From contig JAZAHK010000003.1 of the NCBI GenBank assembly GCA_036231405.1, positions 220,416-284,415 on the forward strand: a stretch of 64,000 nucleotides of DNA. Reading direction: 5' to 3'. The position numbers and the translations under genes are program-made. Below the pieces are notes generated by a model, which made no database searches, was not told where the DNA came from, and worked only from the letters and a program-made list of their open reading frames with translations. Of this stretch, positions 1-9,694 are shown in pieces. The stretch is from Nitrospinota bacterium (lineage in GTDB: Bacteria; UBA8248). Position 1 is the first letter of the stretch, and every line of letters starts with the position of its first letter.

Positions 1-219
1 ATCGCAAGCTATAAATGCATTAAGACTTTCGATTTTATGAACTAAGCCTTTAGATATAAGGAAATCTAAGGCACGATAAACTGTCGGTGGAGCAGAAAAA
101 CCACTATCCCTTAGTTTATCTAAAATTTCATAAGCAGACATTTTAACACGTTCTTCTTTCAACAAATTAAAAACAAATTCTTGATTGGCAGTAAGTGTAA
201 TATCATGAAGTTTATTCAT
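1..219 (-). CDS. zur: Fur-family zinc uptake regulator Zur (runs off the window edge; absent from the ORF track)
   Basis: Manual translation from ATG at 219: MNKLHDITLTANQEFVFNLLKEERVKMSAYEILDKLRDSGFSAPPTVYRALDFLISKGLVHKIESLNAFIACD. SAYEILD/PPTVYRALDFL/VHKIESLNAF is the Zur signature; it lies directly downstream of the ZnuA-like gene. Confidence 0.9.
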   Translation of the reverse strand, partial: MNKLHDITLTANQEFVFNLLKEERVKMSAYEILDKLRDSGFSAPPTVYRALDFLISKGLVHKIESLNAFIACD

Positions 220-244
220 TTCTTCCCTTGAAATAGTGGAAATG

Positions 245-1168
245 CTAATTTAGGGCCTTTAAAATAGTCTTTACATTATAACGCATATAATCTATATAGT
301 TCCCAGCCATGCCATTTTTTTCTGAAAGAGCATCAGAATAAAGATTTCCCCCTATTTGCACACTTGTTTGCCTTGCAATTTGTTGAACTAATCTATTATC
401 GGCAATATTTTCAAAGAAAATAGCTTTCACTGAAGTCTTTTTTATCTGCCGTATAAGTGTGGCAACCTTAGAGGCACTTGCTTCAGATTCAGTCGATATG
501 CCCTGTGGAGATAGCATTTCAATTCCATACTCTCTTGCTAGATATCCAAATGCATCATGACTAGTAATGACTTTTCGATTTTTTTTTGGAATAGAATTTA
601 TAGAACTACGTATAAATTTATCTAAATTATCTAAATCTAACGTATATTTTTTTAAATTTTTCATATAATACTTTTTCGATGGAGGATCAATTCGAGATAT
701 TCCTTCTGCAATATTAGCAACGTAAATTTTCATATTAGGCACACTAAACCAAACATGCGGATCCCATCCATCAGCATGATTAATGTTGTGACCATGATGT
801 TCTTTTTGTCTTAATTTTTCAATATTTTTTGCTGCAATAAGGATTACGCCTTGATATCCAGATGCCTTAACCAATCTTTTCATCCAACCTTCAAAACCTA
901 TGCCATTCATCACTACAAGATCCGCCGAAGAAATTCTCCTCGCATCACTTGGAGTTGGTCTAAACATATGAGCATCCATATTCCTTTTCACAAGTGAGGT
1001 TACATGTACTTTTTTCCCTCCTATCACAGAAACTATATCTTCTAGAATAGAAAAAGTTACTACTATTTTTTTGCGATTACCTATATCTTCCTTGACTGAA
1101 GCACTAGATAAATTTAAAAAGATGATACAAAAAAATCCTACAAAAAAAGCTAAACCCTTAAAAAACAT
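245..1168 (-). CDS. Zn/Mn ABC transporter substrate-binding protein (ZnuA/TroA family)
   Basis: Signal peptide; motifs DAHMF, His-rich loop HHGHNINH, DPHVW, TSHDAFGY and YSDAL; Zur box upstream. Confidence 0.92.
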   Translation of the reverse strand: MFFKGLAFFVGFFCIIFLNLSSASVKEDIGNRKKIVVTFSILEDIVSVIGGKKVHVTSLVKRNMDAHMFRPTPSDARRISSADLVVMNGIGFEGWMKRLVKASGYQGVILIAAKNIEKLRQKEHHGHNINHADGWDPHVWFSVPNMKIYVANIAEGISRIDPPSKKYYMKNLKKYTLDLDNLDKFIRSSINSIPKKNRKVITSHDAFGYLAREYGIEMLSPQGISTESEASASKVATLIRQIKKTSVKAIFFENIADNRLVQQIARQTSVQIGGNLYSDALSEKNGMAGNYIDYMRYNVKTILKALN

Positions 1169-1202
1169 GACGTAAACTACTCCAAAAAAAAATTAAGAGA
1201 AT

Positions 1203-1232
1203 TGTTATATTATAACATACGAAAATTGTCAA
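1203..1232 (-). promoter_or_regulatory. Zur box overlapping a sigma70-type promoter of the znuA-like/zur operon
   Basis: Perfect 7-1-7 palindrome TGTTATA-T-TATAACA at 1203-1217. TTGACA on the minus strand at 1232-1227 is followed 17 nt later by TATAAC inside the palindrome. Confidence 0.8.
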
Positions 1233-1253
1233 TTTTTAAAATGATTAAAAACT

Positions 1254-2027
1254 CTAAAGATTTAAACTTGAAAAACTTCTTATAAAAAGGACTATGGCGA
1301 CAGCTATTAAAACAATTTTCACAAAAAATTCAAATCGATTTTGATTGATTTTTCTTCGTAATTTCAATCCAATCCAATACCCTAAGAAAACAGGAACAAG
1401 AACTAAAATTGCATGTAAAAAGAGAGTCTTTGTATAAATTCCCTGCGAAAAAAAACTCAAAATCAATAGTCCCGATATTAGAGCATTAAAAACATTAACT
1501 AAGAAAATAAATGTATCTTTTTTCCATGAAAACATGGAAAAATAAATAAGTGTCGATGGTCCCGGTATCCCTATCATCCCTCCTAGAAATCCGCTTAAAA
1601 ATCCAAAAACTCCTCCAAGACCCCATTTTCTCACCAAATTTGAATTCACTTTTGGGGTTGGAAAGATTCTTCTTAGAAAAACAAAAAGAGCAATAGCAAA
1701 TGCTAAAATCAATCTCACAATATTTGGGTTCAACCAATTCAATAAAAAAACGCCTGCAGGAACACTACACAACCCAATAATCAGAAACGGGATAATATTT
1801 TCAAGATTTCTCCATTCTTTTAATCCTATTGTTACATTCATGACATTTGTAGAAAAAAGTGAAATTGACATCAATGCAACCGCATGTACTGGACTAATGA
1901 ATAAGGAAAGAAAGGGAATAGTCGCGATTGGAAGGGCAAAACCAATGGAACCCTTAACAATTCCTGCTATAAAGAAAAGAGGTGAAAAAACAGCAATCAT
2001 ATAAAAAGACATAAAAACCAGATACAT
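1254..2027 (-). CDS. TauE/SafE (TSUP) family membrane exporter
   Basis: About 8 TM helices with duplicated motifs AGIVKGSIGFA and GFLSGFLGGMIGIPGP. Confidence 0.85.
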   Translation of the reverse strand: MYLVFMSFYMIAVFSPLFFIAGIVKGSIGFALPIATIPFLSLFISPVHAVALMSISLFSTNVMNVTIGLKEWRNLENIIPFLIIGLCSVPAGVFLLNWLNPNIVRLILAFAIALFVFLRRIFPTPKVNSNLVRKWGLGGVFGFLSGFLGGMIGIPGPSTLIYFSMFSWKKDTFIFLVNVFNALISGLLILSFFSQGIYTKTLFLHAILVLVPVFLGYWIGLKLRRKINQNRFEFFVKIVLIAVAIVLFIRSFSSLNL

Positions 2028-2069
2028 CCTTTTGGGCTAATAAAATATTGAAATTACAAAGTTCTCAAT

Positions 2070-2924
2070 CTAATCAAAAGGATCTCTTCTAACCTTAGAT
2101 TCACCTAAAAGGCTAGCGCGAAGCAAGTGTATTAGTACATTTGTTTCAGGTATCAATTGTATAAAAAAATCTAACTTTTGGTTCAGTAACGAGATTTCAT
2201 CATTACCAAGTTTTGTTCTATCAAGAACAAATTCATAAGGGAATTCCTGGGCAGCTGCAGCAGCAGCACCTTTTGAAAGATCAATAGTTATCTTATATCC
2301 TTCATTAGACTTTTGCTCTGAAACAAAAGGAAAAACAAGTTCTATATATTCCGGATAAAACGACAGTGCTCTCCAAACATCAGGGATCCCCTTGTTTTTA
2401 TGCTGACCGAAAATCCCATCTAAAAAATTAGTAGACATATTCTTTGGATCTATTAATACTGGAAGGGGCATTCCCTCAGGAGGTCCTAAAGGAATAATCT
2501 CTAAATCAGTATCAGAACCAGGAGAAGTTCCACCAATACTCATCCCATTCAAGGAAGCTTTTAAAGCTATTGCTAAAATTAAATCTTTCGGCCCCAAATA
2601 ATTATACATATCCAGAATACGAGAAATAGAAAGTATCTTTTCCTGATCATATCCGTTGTCTAACAATTCTTCACCAAAATCAGGAACATCTTCCGGCATT
2701 GGAGGGATCATCCTCATACGAACATTTTGGGCACACCTTTCAAAATACTGGGCGGTCAAATTATTACGAATTTTCTCCCAAAAAAAATCAAGAAAATTTT
2801 CGTGAACCGCAAGTGTCCTAAACATTAAACCTATTTTCGTTGAACGTATAACCGATTGAATATCAGTAAAAATTTCCTCGACTCTATCACTTGCTTCTTC
2901 TTCTCTAACTTCCAAAAATTCCAA
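2070..2924 (-). CDS. DehI-like protein (group I haloacid dehalogenase family, helical two-repeat)
   Basis: N-terminal VREEEASDRVEEIFTDIQ, MFRTLA..FLDFFW and NYLGPKDLIL, plus a second repeat VWRALSFYPEYI, resemble DehI-family proteins. TTG start after GGGAG. Confidence 0.6.
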   Translation of the reverse strand: MEFLEVREEEASDRVEEIFTDIQSVIRSTKIGLMFRTLAVHENFLDFFWEKIRNNLTAQYFERCAQNVRMRMIPPMPEDVPDFGEELLDNGYDQEKILSISRILDMYNYLGPKDLILAIALKASLNGMSIGGTSPGSDTDLEIIPLGPPEGMPLPVLIDPKNMSTNFLDGIFGQHKNKGIPDVWRALSFYPEYIELVFPFVSEQKSNEGYKITIDLSKGAAAAAAQEFPYEFVLDRTKLGNDEISLLNQKLDFFIQLIPETNVLIHLLRASLLGESKVRRDPFD

Positions 2925-2955
2925 ATTACAACTCCCTTTAAAGGTCGTATGATTT

Positions 2956-3627
2956 TTACTGTGTAGGATCAGTAGAATCAGGAACAGGGAATTCGGTTGG
3001 CCAATTTTCTAACATTGTCTCCATGAAAGCTTTTACTTTATCTGGACTCAAATAGACTGACTTTTTTATTTTATCTACCTCAGACTGATCTTCAACTTGT
3101 ATTCCAAGTGAATCCATGAATCGGTTCCACAAGTTAAAGGTTCCACTCATAAGCGTAAGTTCTACAATCTCATTATCAGAAAAACTATTTTTGACTTTTT
3201 CAAAAACATCGTCTCTGGAACGTGCTGTATTTTTTGTTACATGTTCTGCCCATAACACTGCAGCTTTCTCACGAGCTGATAAAATAGAGGAATCCATATA
3301 ATCATCTCTAACTATAGCTGCAACCTGTTCATCAGTTATTCCTGCCGCTTGTCCAAGCGAAGTATTATGCGCAAGTCAATAATCACACCCGTTAACCTGA
3401 CTCGTTTTAATAATTACCATTTCCTTAATTTTCGATGAGAGACAACTCCCTGCACCTTCTCTTTGCATAACTGCAGTAAAAAGAAGAAAAAACTTCGATA
3501 CCATTGGGATATTCCCTAAAACTCTTACAGAGTGAGGCACTCTCCCAATCATTGCCGTGCTTGCGTCATACAAATCTTTAGTAACTCCTTTTGCATCATC
3601 TAAATCCACCATTTTTATTTTAGACAT
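2956..3627 (-). CDS. AhpD/carboxymuconolactone decarboxylase-like selenoprotein (CxxU), 223 aa; joins track ORFs 3376..3627 and 2956..3297
   Basis: TGA at 3378-3376 falls in NGCDY*LAH, the second Cys of the AhpD CxxC motif. The 26 intervening codons are open and in frame (LAHNTSLGQAAGITDEQVAAIVRDDY). A hairpin follows the TGA, and tRNA-Sec is present in the window. Confidence 0.9.
3345..3360 (-). promoter_or_regulatory. Putative bacterial SECIS element
   Basis: mRNA UCGCUU-GGAC-AAGCGG forms a stem-loop with a G-initiated apical loop starting about 21 nt after the UGA. Confidence 0.7.
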
Positions 3628-3675
3628 CTGAAAAGTCCTCCTTAAAAACCGAAAATTAAAACGTATTGTATAACT

Positions 3676-4278
3676 TCATACTTCCTTCGTAAAAACGTTC
3701 ACATACCAATCTTCAAATTTTCGAAACGCAATAGATCTGTGACTAATATTATTTTTATCTGAATGTGACAAATCTGCGACAGAGCATTTATAATTTGGCA
3801 AATAAAAAACCGGATCATAACCGAACCCATTTTGTCCTTTTGTAGATTCAGTAATTAATCCATCAAGAGACCCTTGAAAAGAATAAAATGTTTTATCAGG
3901 ATTGTAAAAAACAACTACACTTACAAATTTGGCAGTACGCTTTTCAACCGGTATCCTTTCTAATCTTTTCAGAAGCAGGGCATTTTTTTTTCGATCAGAA
4001 AGACCCGGCCCTCCAAACCGTGCAGAGAAAACACCAAGTTCATCGGGGATTGCATCCACTTCTATACCAGAGTCATCTGCAAGAACTGACATCCCAGTTA
4101 ACTCACATGCAGTTTTTGCTTTTAACAAAGCATTTTCAAGATAATTCAAACCTGTTTCCTCAACTGTAATTTTTTGATCTATATCGCTAAGAGTTAAAAT
4201 ATCAAACGGTACGGATGACAGTATATTTTTCACTTCATTTATTTTATGTTGATTATTGCTGAAGAAAAGAATTTTCAT
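3676..4278 (-). CDS. rdgB: Non-canonical purine NTP pyrophosphatase (Ham1/RdgB)
   Basis: Motifs SNNQHKINE, ENALLKA, ADDSG, GFGYDPVF and KNNISHR; overlaps the rph stop. Confidence 0.95.
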   Translation of the reverse strand: MKILFFSNNQHKINEVKNILSSVPFDILTLSDIDQKITVEETGLNYLENALLKAKTACELTGMSVLADDSGIEVDAIPDELGVFSARFGGPGLSDRKKNALLLKRLERIPVEKRTAKFVSVVVFYNPDKTFYSFQGSLDGLITESTKGQNGFGYDPVFYLPNYKCSVADLSHSDKNNISHRSIAFRKFEDWYVNVFTKEV

Positions 4279-5012
4279 TTTTTTGGAAAATAAATCGACT
4301 GTAATTCAATAAGTTCACGTATCCCTTTTTGTGCCAAAGATATTAAACGTGACATATCACTTTTAAGAAAAGGAGTTCCCTCCGCAGTTCCCTGCAATTC
4401 AACAAAATGACTTTTCTCAGTCATTACAATATTCATGTCGACATCTGCTCTCACATCTTCACTATAATCAAGATCAAGAACACAATTTTTATCCACAATA
4501 CCTACACTAATCGCCGCTACTAAACCTTTTAACGGGTTCTCAGAAATCTTCTTTTCTTTCAAAAGTTTGTTCACTGCTCTACAAAGAGCAATATACCCAC
4601 CCGTAATAGAAGCGCATCTTGTTCCACCATCTGCTTGAATCACATCACAATCGACATACACTGTGAAACCATCGAGCGGCTTCAGATCAACAACGGCCCT
4701 TAAGGAACGTCCTATTAATCTCTGGATTTCTACTGAACGCCCAGCTCGAGCCCTATCACGAGAAATTCGATCTGAACCACTCCCAGGTAGCATAGCGTAT
4801 TCTGAAGTCAGCCATCCTTCCCCTGAATTCCTCTTATGTCTAGGAACCCTTTCCTCTACAGAAGCAGTACATAGGACCCGTGTATTTCCAATTTGGAAAA
4901 GTGCACTCCCAGCACAAGTTTTCACATAATCGACTTCTAAACTAATTTTTCTAATTTCATCTGTCTTTCTTTTATTCTCACGGCAAAAATTAGTTTTTCC
5001 ACTTTTTTTCAT
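4275..5012 (-). CDS. rph: Ribonuclease PH
   Basis: Motifs GWLTSEYAMLP, EIQRLIGRSLR, DCDVIQADGGTRCASITG and ELQGTAEG. Start moved to ATG at 5012, which follows a GGAG SD. Confidence 0.96.
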   Translation of the reverse strand: MKKSGKTNFCRENKRKTDEIRKISLEVDYVKTCAGSALFQIGNTRVLCTASVEERVPRHKRNSGEGWLTSEYAMLPGSGSDRISRDRARAGRSVEIQRLIGRSLRAVVDLKPLDGFTVYVDCDVIQADGGTRCASITGGYIALCRAVNKLLKEKKISENPLKGLVAAISVGIVDKNCVLDLDYSEDVRADVDMNIVMTEKSHFVELQGTAEGTPFLKSDMSRLISLAQKGIRELIELQSIYFPKK

Positions 5013-5093
5013 AAAGACCACTCCATTCCACACGTAAGAAATATTCTGAAAATTATTTAAGAATTTAAATGTATTTAAAGTACAGGTTATATT

Positions 5094-6086
5094 TTATCCA
5101 CCGATTGCACTCATTGTTCTGGTTGGTTGTACAAATTCCTCTTGTCCTATTAAATGACCAGGAGTCTTAGTTAGCAACACCCCTGCCAACCATTCTTTAA
5201 TAAAATTATCATCTTTATTTCCACGAAGTAATTTCTTTAAATCATGTTCTTCATTTGAAAACAAACAAGTACGAATCATCCCTTCTGCAGTAAGTCTCAT
5301 CCTATTACAATCTTTACAAAATGGACGTGTAACTGACGGAATAATGCCAATCTCTCCCTTCCCATCCTTATATCGATATTTTGTAGCAGGATCAGAAATA
5401 TTTCCAGAAATTAATTCAAGATCGCAATTTTTCGATAGACCATCAAGAATTTCTTCAGCGGAAAGAACCTTATCAGGAACCCAAGTCTTATCTGCGTCAA
5501 GAGGCATATATTCTATGAAACGTACAATATGACCCGTTTCTCTAGCCCAGTTCGCAAAACGAGGAATTTCTTCTTCAGACAAACCTCTAATTGCAACCGC
5601 ATTGATCTTGATTGGACTAAAACCTACATCAGATGCGGATTGTATCCCTTCTAAGACCTGTGTGAACTGATTACGTCTAGTCATAAACAGAAATTTTTTT
5701 TCATCAAGAGTATCTAGACTAATATTAATCCTTCGCAACCCAGAATCGAATAATTCCCTCGCAACTGCAGGAAGTAGAATTCCATTTGTTGTTAATGCAA
5801 GATCCATATTTGGCTGTACATTTAACATACCTGAGACAAGTAAAGGAAGATCCTTTCTTAGCAGAGGTTCCCCTCCTGTAATATGATAACTGTCAAAACC
5901 TAAATCGGTGGTAATACTAACAACTCGTAATATTTCCTCGTAGGACAAGACTTGATCATGAGGTAACCATTCCATTCCTTCCTCTGGCATACAGTAAAAA
6001 CAGCGAAAATTACAGCGATCTGTTACTGAAATTCTCAGATCATTATGTCCTCTTCCATATTTATCGAAAAGCTGAATTTTTGACAT
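5094..6086 (-). CDS. moaA: GTP 3',8-cyclase MoaA
   Basis: LRISVTDRCNFRCFYCMP, C-terminal FCKDCNRMRLT...C, and terminal MSAIGG. Confidence 0.96.
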   Translation of the reverse strand: MSKIQLFDKYGRGHNDLRISVTDRCNFRCFYCMPEEGMEWLPHDQVLSYEEILRVVSITTDLGFDSYHITGGEPLLRKDLPLLVSGMLNVQPNMDLALTTNGILLPAVARELFDSGLRRINISLDTLDEKKFLFMTRRNQFTQVLEGIQSASDVGFSPIKINAVAIRGLSEEEIPRFANWARETGHIVRFIEYMPLDADKTWVPDKVLSAEEILDGLSKNCDLELISGNISDPATKYRYKDGKGEIGIIPSVTRPFCKDCNRMRLTAEGMIRTCLFSNEEHDLKKLLRGNKDDNFIKEWLAGVLLTKTPGHLIGQEEFVQPTRTMSAIGG

Positions 6087-6099
6087 TTAATTTCACCTT

Positions 6100-8055
6100 T
6101 TATTTTTCAAATTCCTCAACGACAGTACCAGACAATTCTGTATTATATCCACCTAAAGAAGAAACATTTGCATGAAACTTTTGATCTCGTAAAACAGAGA
6201 TCAAATCAGTCCCAATCTTTGAATTTGCAAATTCTACGGGGAAAACAAAATCAAACCTTTCATTTTGCAAAGGAATAAAATCTAATCCTAGTAGATTTGC
6301 AGCAGAGCGAATACCTAATCCTGCATCTGCGCGTCCAGACGAAATGGCCATTGCGACCCCAATATGTGTAGTTTCAACTTGATCATATCCTATGAAATCA
6401 GAAGACTTTAATTTTTCCTTTTCAATAAAATGATCAAAAAGAACTCTCGTCCCTGCACCGGACTGACGATTCACAACAGATAATTTTTTTAAGGTAAGAT
6501 CCGAAAAAACTTTCACATTCTTAGGATTTCCAGACCTTACCAAAATACCTTGTTCTCTTTGTACAAAATTCACTACAACAACCTCAGTATCGGGCATATA
6601 CCTCCTAATATAAGTCCAATTGTATTCTCCACTAGAAGGATCTAGAAGATGGGCGCCTGAAAAATGAGCTCCTCCATTTTTTAGAGCGGTCAACCCAGCC
6701 ATAGAACCCACAGAAGAAATCGACAATTGGAGGCCGAACTTACGCTGTAATTCTACAGTTAACAAATCTAAAGCATTGTCATGACTTCCAACCATAAGGA
6801 TATTTTTTTCAATTTGCTCTAATGGTCTCAGAAGTTCAATCTCCAACTCTTGCCCTGATTCCAATCCCTCTGAGTTTCGTGGAATCCTCACTATACCATC
6901 CGCCTCCACCAGACTACTAATAACACTAGCACCCCGCTTGGCTGGTATTGCGAGCATTTTGCCCTTGACCCTAGCCATTTTTACTCTCAAAAATTCTTCC
7001 ATACCAAGTCTTGAAGCAGTTTTACGGCCCAAGGTAGCCTTAACCTTCACGGGAACCGCAACATTCGTTCCAGTTAAATACGAAAGAATAGGCTTAACAA
7101 ATTCAGTCATCGCTAAAACTGCTGATACGGGATAACCAGGAATTCCAAAAACAGTTTTTCTGACACCTGAACTATTCGGGCATATTCCCATAATTGTTGG
7201 TTTCCCTGGAAAGATTGCAACACCATGAACTAATAATTTCCCTAACTTTTCTACTATCGAGGAGGTAAAATCCTCTTTTCCAGCAGAAGAACCTGCGTTC
7301 ACTAAAACAACATCAAAATTTTCAACTGCGTCACCTACAACTCTTTCAATCTCTTCAAAGTTATCTTTGAGAATCGGAAAAACTGTTGGAACTGCACCCC
7401 AATCTCGAATCAAATTCGACATAACAACAGAATTAAACTCCAGTAATTCCCCGTCCTTCAAATCTGTCCCTGGATAGACAAGTTCATCGCCTGTAGGAAT
7501 GATTGCAACTTCAAGGCATTTTCGAACTACAATATTTAAAACTCCAGCTGCAAGCAAAGCACCTAGATCAACCGCAGACAATTGATGCCCTGCAGGGAAA
7601 ATTAATTGGCCTTCAACAATATCTTCACCTGCAACACGAACATTTTGCCAAGGTGAAATTGAAGATTCGAGTTGTATTTCACCTTCCCTAATCTGATTCA
7701 CATTCTCAATTATAACAACTGAGTCTGTATCCTCAGGCAAAGGATCTCCTGTATCTAACGGAAAAACATCTAAATTGATCTTGTACGACTTTGGATTTAC
7801 CGTACTGACACCAAAAGTTTTTTTAGCCTCTATCCCATATCCATCCATTGCTGCTGCGTGGAAATGTGGACTAGAAATGAGAGCATATATAGGATCATGG
7901 GTAACTCTTCCAAAAGAATCCTGAACAGATATAGTCTCAAAAGAAAATTTTTGTACCTTTCCTATATCTTCATAAAGTTTCTCTAATGCTTTTTCTCTAG
8001 GAACATTCTCAAGATAATATTTTCTGCCGGTCAAAGGTAAAAGTGAATCAGACAA
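6100..8055 (-). CDS. Molybdopterin biosynthesis MoeA fused to a C-terminal periplasmic-binding-protein-like domain
   Basis: MoeA motifs AAMDGY, PTGDEL, GSSAG and GIPGYPVS, followed by GSHD...GSMAGL...VNRQSGAGTR (PBP domain). Confidence 0.9.
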   Translation of the reverse strand: MSDSLLPLTGRKYYLENVPREKALEKLYEDIGKVQKFSFETISVQDSFGRVTHDPIYALISSPHFHAAAMDGYGIEAKKTFGVSTVNPKSYKINLDVFPLDTGDPLPEDTDSVVIIENVNQIREGEIQLESSISPWQNVRVAGEDIVEGQLIFPAGHQLSAVDLGALLAAGVLNIVVRKCLEVAIIPTGDELVYPGTDLKDGELLEFNSVVMSNLIRDWGAVPTVFPILKDNFEEIERVVGDAVENFDVVLVNAGSSAGKEDFTSSIVEKLGKLLVHGVAIFPGKPTIMGICPNSSGVRKTVFGIPGYPVSAVLAMTEFVKPILSYLTGTNVAVPVKVKATLGRKTASRLGMEEFLRVKMARVKGKMLAIPAKRGASVISSLVEADGIVRIPRNSEGLESGQELEIELLRPLEQIEKNILMVGSHDNALDLLTVELQRKFGLQLSISSVGSMAGLTALKNGGAHFSGAHLLDPSSGEYNWTYIRRYMPDTEVVVVNFVQREQGILVRSGNPKNVKVFSDLTLKKLSVVNRQSGAGTRVLFDHFIEKEKLKSSDFIGYDQVETTHIGVAMAISSGRADAGLGIRSAANLLGLDFIPLQNERFDFVFPVEFANSKIGTDLISVLRDQKFHANVSSLGGYNTELSGTVVEEFEK

Positions 8056-8083
8056 TTTGATTCTCCATTTCTCATAAATTTAT

Positions 8084-9325
8084 TTAGTACAGCAAAACTT
8101 CCACTTCTGTTTCGGCAACTAATCCATCAAAATCCGAGGGGATAATGACATAACCATCTGCTTTTGTCATAGTCGAAATCATTGCAGAATTTCCCATTAA
8201 AGGAGACGCAACAAAATTCTCTCCCTCTAATTTCAAGGAAACACGAACCATATCTTCTCTACCTGAGGCAGAAGGTAAATTTCTAGATAATAGGGCATGA
8301 ACTTTTCCACTTTTTGAAACAAAAATATCTTTCTCTCCTCTCAACCTTCTTATTACAGGAACTACAAATTTATGAAAAATCATCATTGCGGAAACTGGAT
8401 GACCAGGAATTCCTATCAATATTTTGTTGCCATTATCAATGTCTAGACGTCCAATAATGGTTGGCTTCCCTGGTTTAATAGAAACTCCATGAATTAAAAC
8501 ACCAGGATCTCCTAAGGAATTAATAGCAGAAACCGTATAATCTCTCATACCCATTGAACTTCCTCCTGAAACAAGAACAATGTCTACATCTCCAATAACT
8601 TTTTGTAGCCTTTTTTTTATGAGATCTAAATTGTCTGGGAGAATATCTTCTACTATTGGAATACAGTCCATCTCAGTAACAGCTGCCGCTAGTGAAAATC
8701 GGTTAATATCACGTATTTGCCCGAGTTTTGTCTTTTGTCCTGGACCGACCAATTCATCTCCCGTGGGCAAAATAGCAATTTTAGGTCGAACACTAACTTG
8801 AACTTCTGTAATCCCCACACCGAACAGAGCTCCTATATCATGGCTTTTAAGTGGGGTCCCAGATGTTAAAAATTTTTCGCCTTTTTTAAGATCATCTCCC
8901 ACGCTTAACATATTTTCACCAACGGAAATTGTCTTCAGTACCTCAAGAGTTTTTTCATCCATCAAATTCGTATATTCTTGCATTATCACGCAATCTGATC
9001 CTTCTGGAAGCATTCCACCAGTACTAATTTTCGCTGCTTGCCCTCTTTGTAATTTAAATTTTGGAGCTTCTCCCATTTGTATATGTCCGATAACTTCTAA
9101 ATAAGCTGGAATTGAATCACTAGTACCAAAGGTGTCGGACGCATTCAAGGCATAACCGTCCATGGTTGCTCTTGAAAAATCAGGGAGATCCACCGGACTA
9201 TATATGTCCTCGGAAAGAATACGAGATATAGCAGACCCCGCATCTAAAACTTCAGATTTCAGAGGAAAAAATTCAGTTATCGTTTCCATTACTTTTTCAG
9301 AAGAAACAACTTTAAAAAATTCCAA
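8084..9325 (-). CDS. moeA: Molybdopterin molybdotransferase MoeA
   Basis: Motifs RATMDGYA, ISTGGMLPEG, SGGSSMG and KPGKPT. Likely TTG start at 9325 after AAGGA; the track start is 9364. Confidence 0.92.
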   Translation of the reverse strand: MEFFKVVSSEKVMETITEFFPLKSEVLDAGSAISRILSEDIYSPVDLPDFSRATMDGYALNASDTFGTSDSIPAYLEVIGHIQMGEAPKFKLQRGQAAKISTGGMLPEGSDCVIMQEYTNLMDEKTLEVLKTISVGENMLSVGDDLKKGEKFLTSGTPLKSHDIGALFGVGITEVQVSVRPKIAILPTGDELVGPGQKTKLGQIRDINRFSLAAAVTEMDCIPIVEDILPDNLDLIKKRLQKVIGDVDIVLVSGGSSMGMRDYTVSAINSLGDPGVLIHGVSIKPGKPTIIGRLDIDNGNKILIGIPGHPVSAMMIFHKFVVPVIRRLRGEKDIFVSKSGKVHALLSRNLPSASGREDMVRVSLKLEGENFVASPLMGNSAMISTMTKADGYVIIPSDFDGLVAETEVEVLLY

Positions 9326-9453
9326 TATCAATCCTTCATTTACGAAAAAAGGAAAATGCCACACTAAAGTAGATAACTAAAAAATGTTTTTAAAATGTAT
9401 ACGCAAGAAAACCAACAGATTGAAAAACGAAAAATCTATGGAAAAAATAAAAA

Positions 9454-9663
9454 TTAATTTTTGTTTACAGATTCTTCCTCTGAAGAAGACTTCTCATCTC
9501 CATTCTCATTCAATGATTCAGAGTCCTCGTTAATCCCTTTTTTAAAGCTTCGAATCCCCTTTGCAAGTCCTGAACCTATATCAGGGAGACGTTTTGCACC
9601 AAAGACCAAAACACATATGGCTAAGATGACTAGGAGTTCTGTAAAACCCATATTAAAAGGCAT
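9454..9663 (-). CDS. tatA: Twin-arginine translocase TatA/E subunit
   Basis: [43 protein letters not shown]. Confidence 0.95.
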   Translation of the reverse strand: MPFNMGFTELLVILAICVLVFGAKRLPDIGSGLAKGIRSFKKGINEDSESLNENGDEKSSSEEESVNKN

Positions 9664-9694
9664 CTCTTAAAAACCTCCTTTAGTTTTTTTGGAT

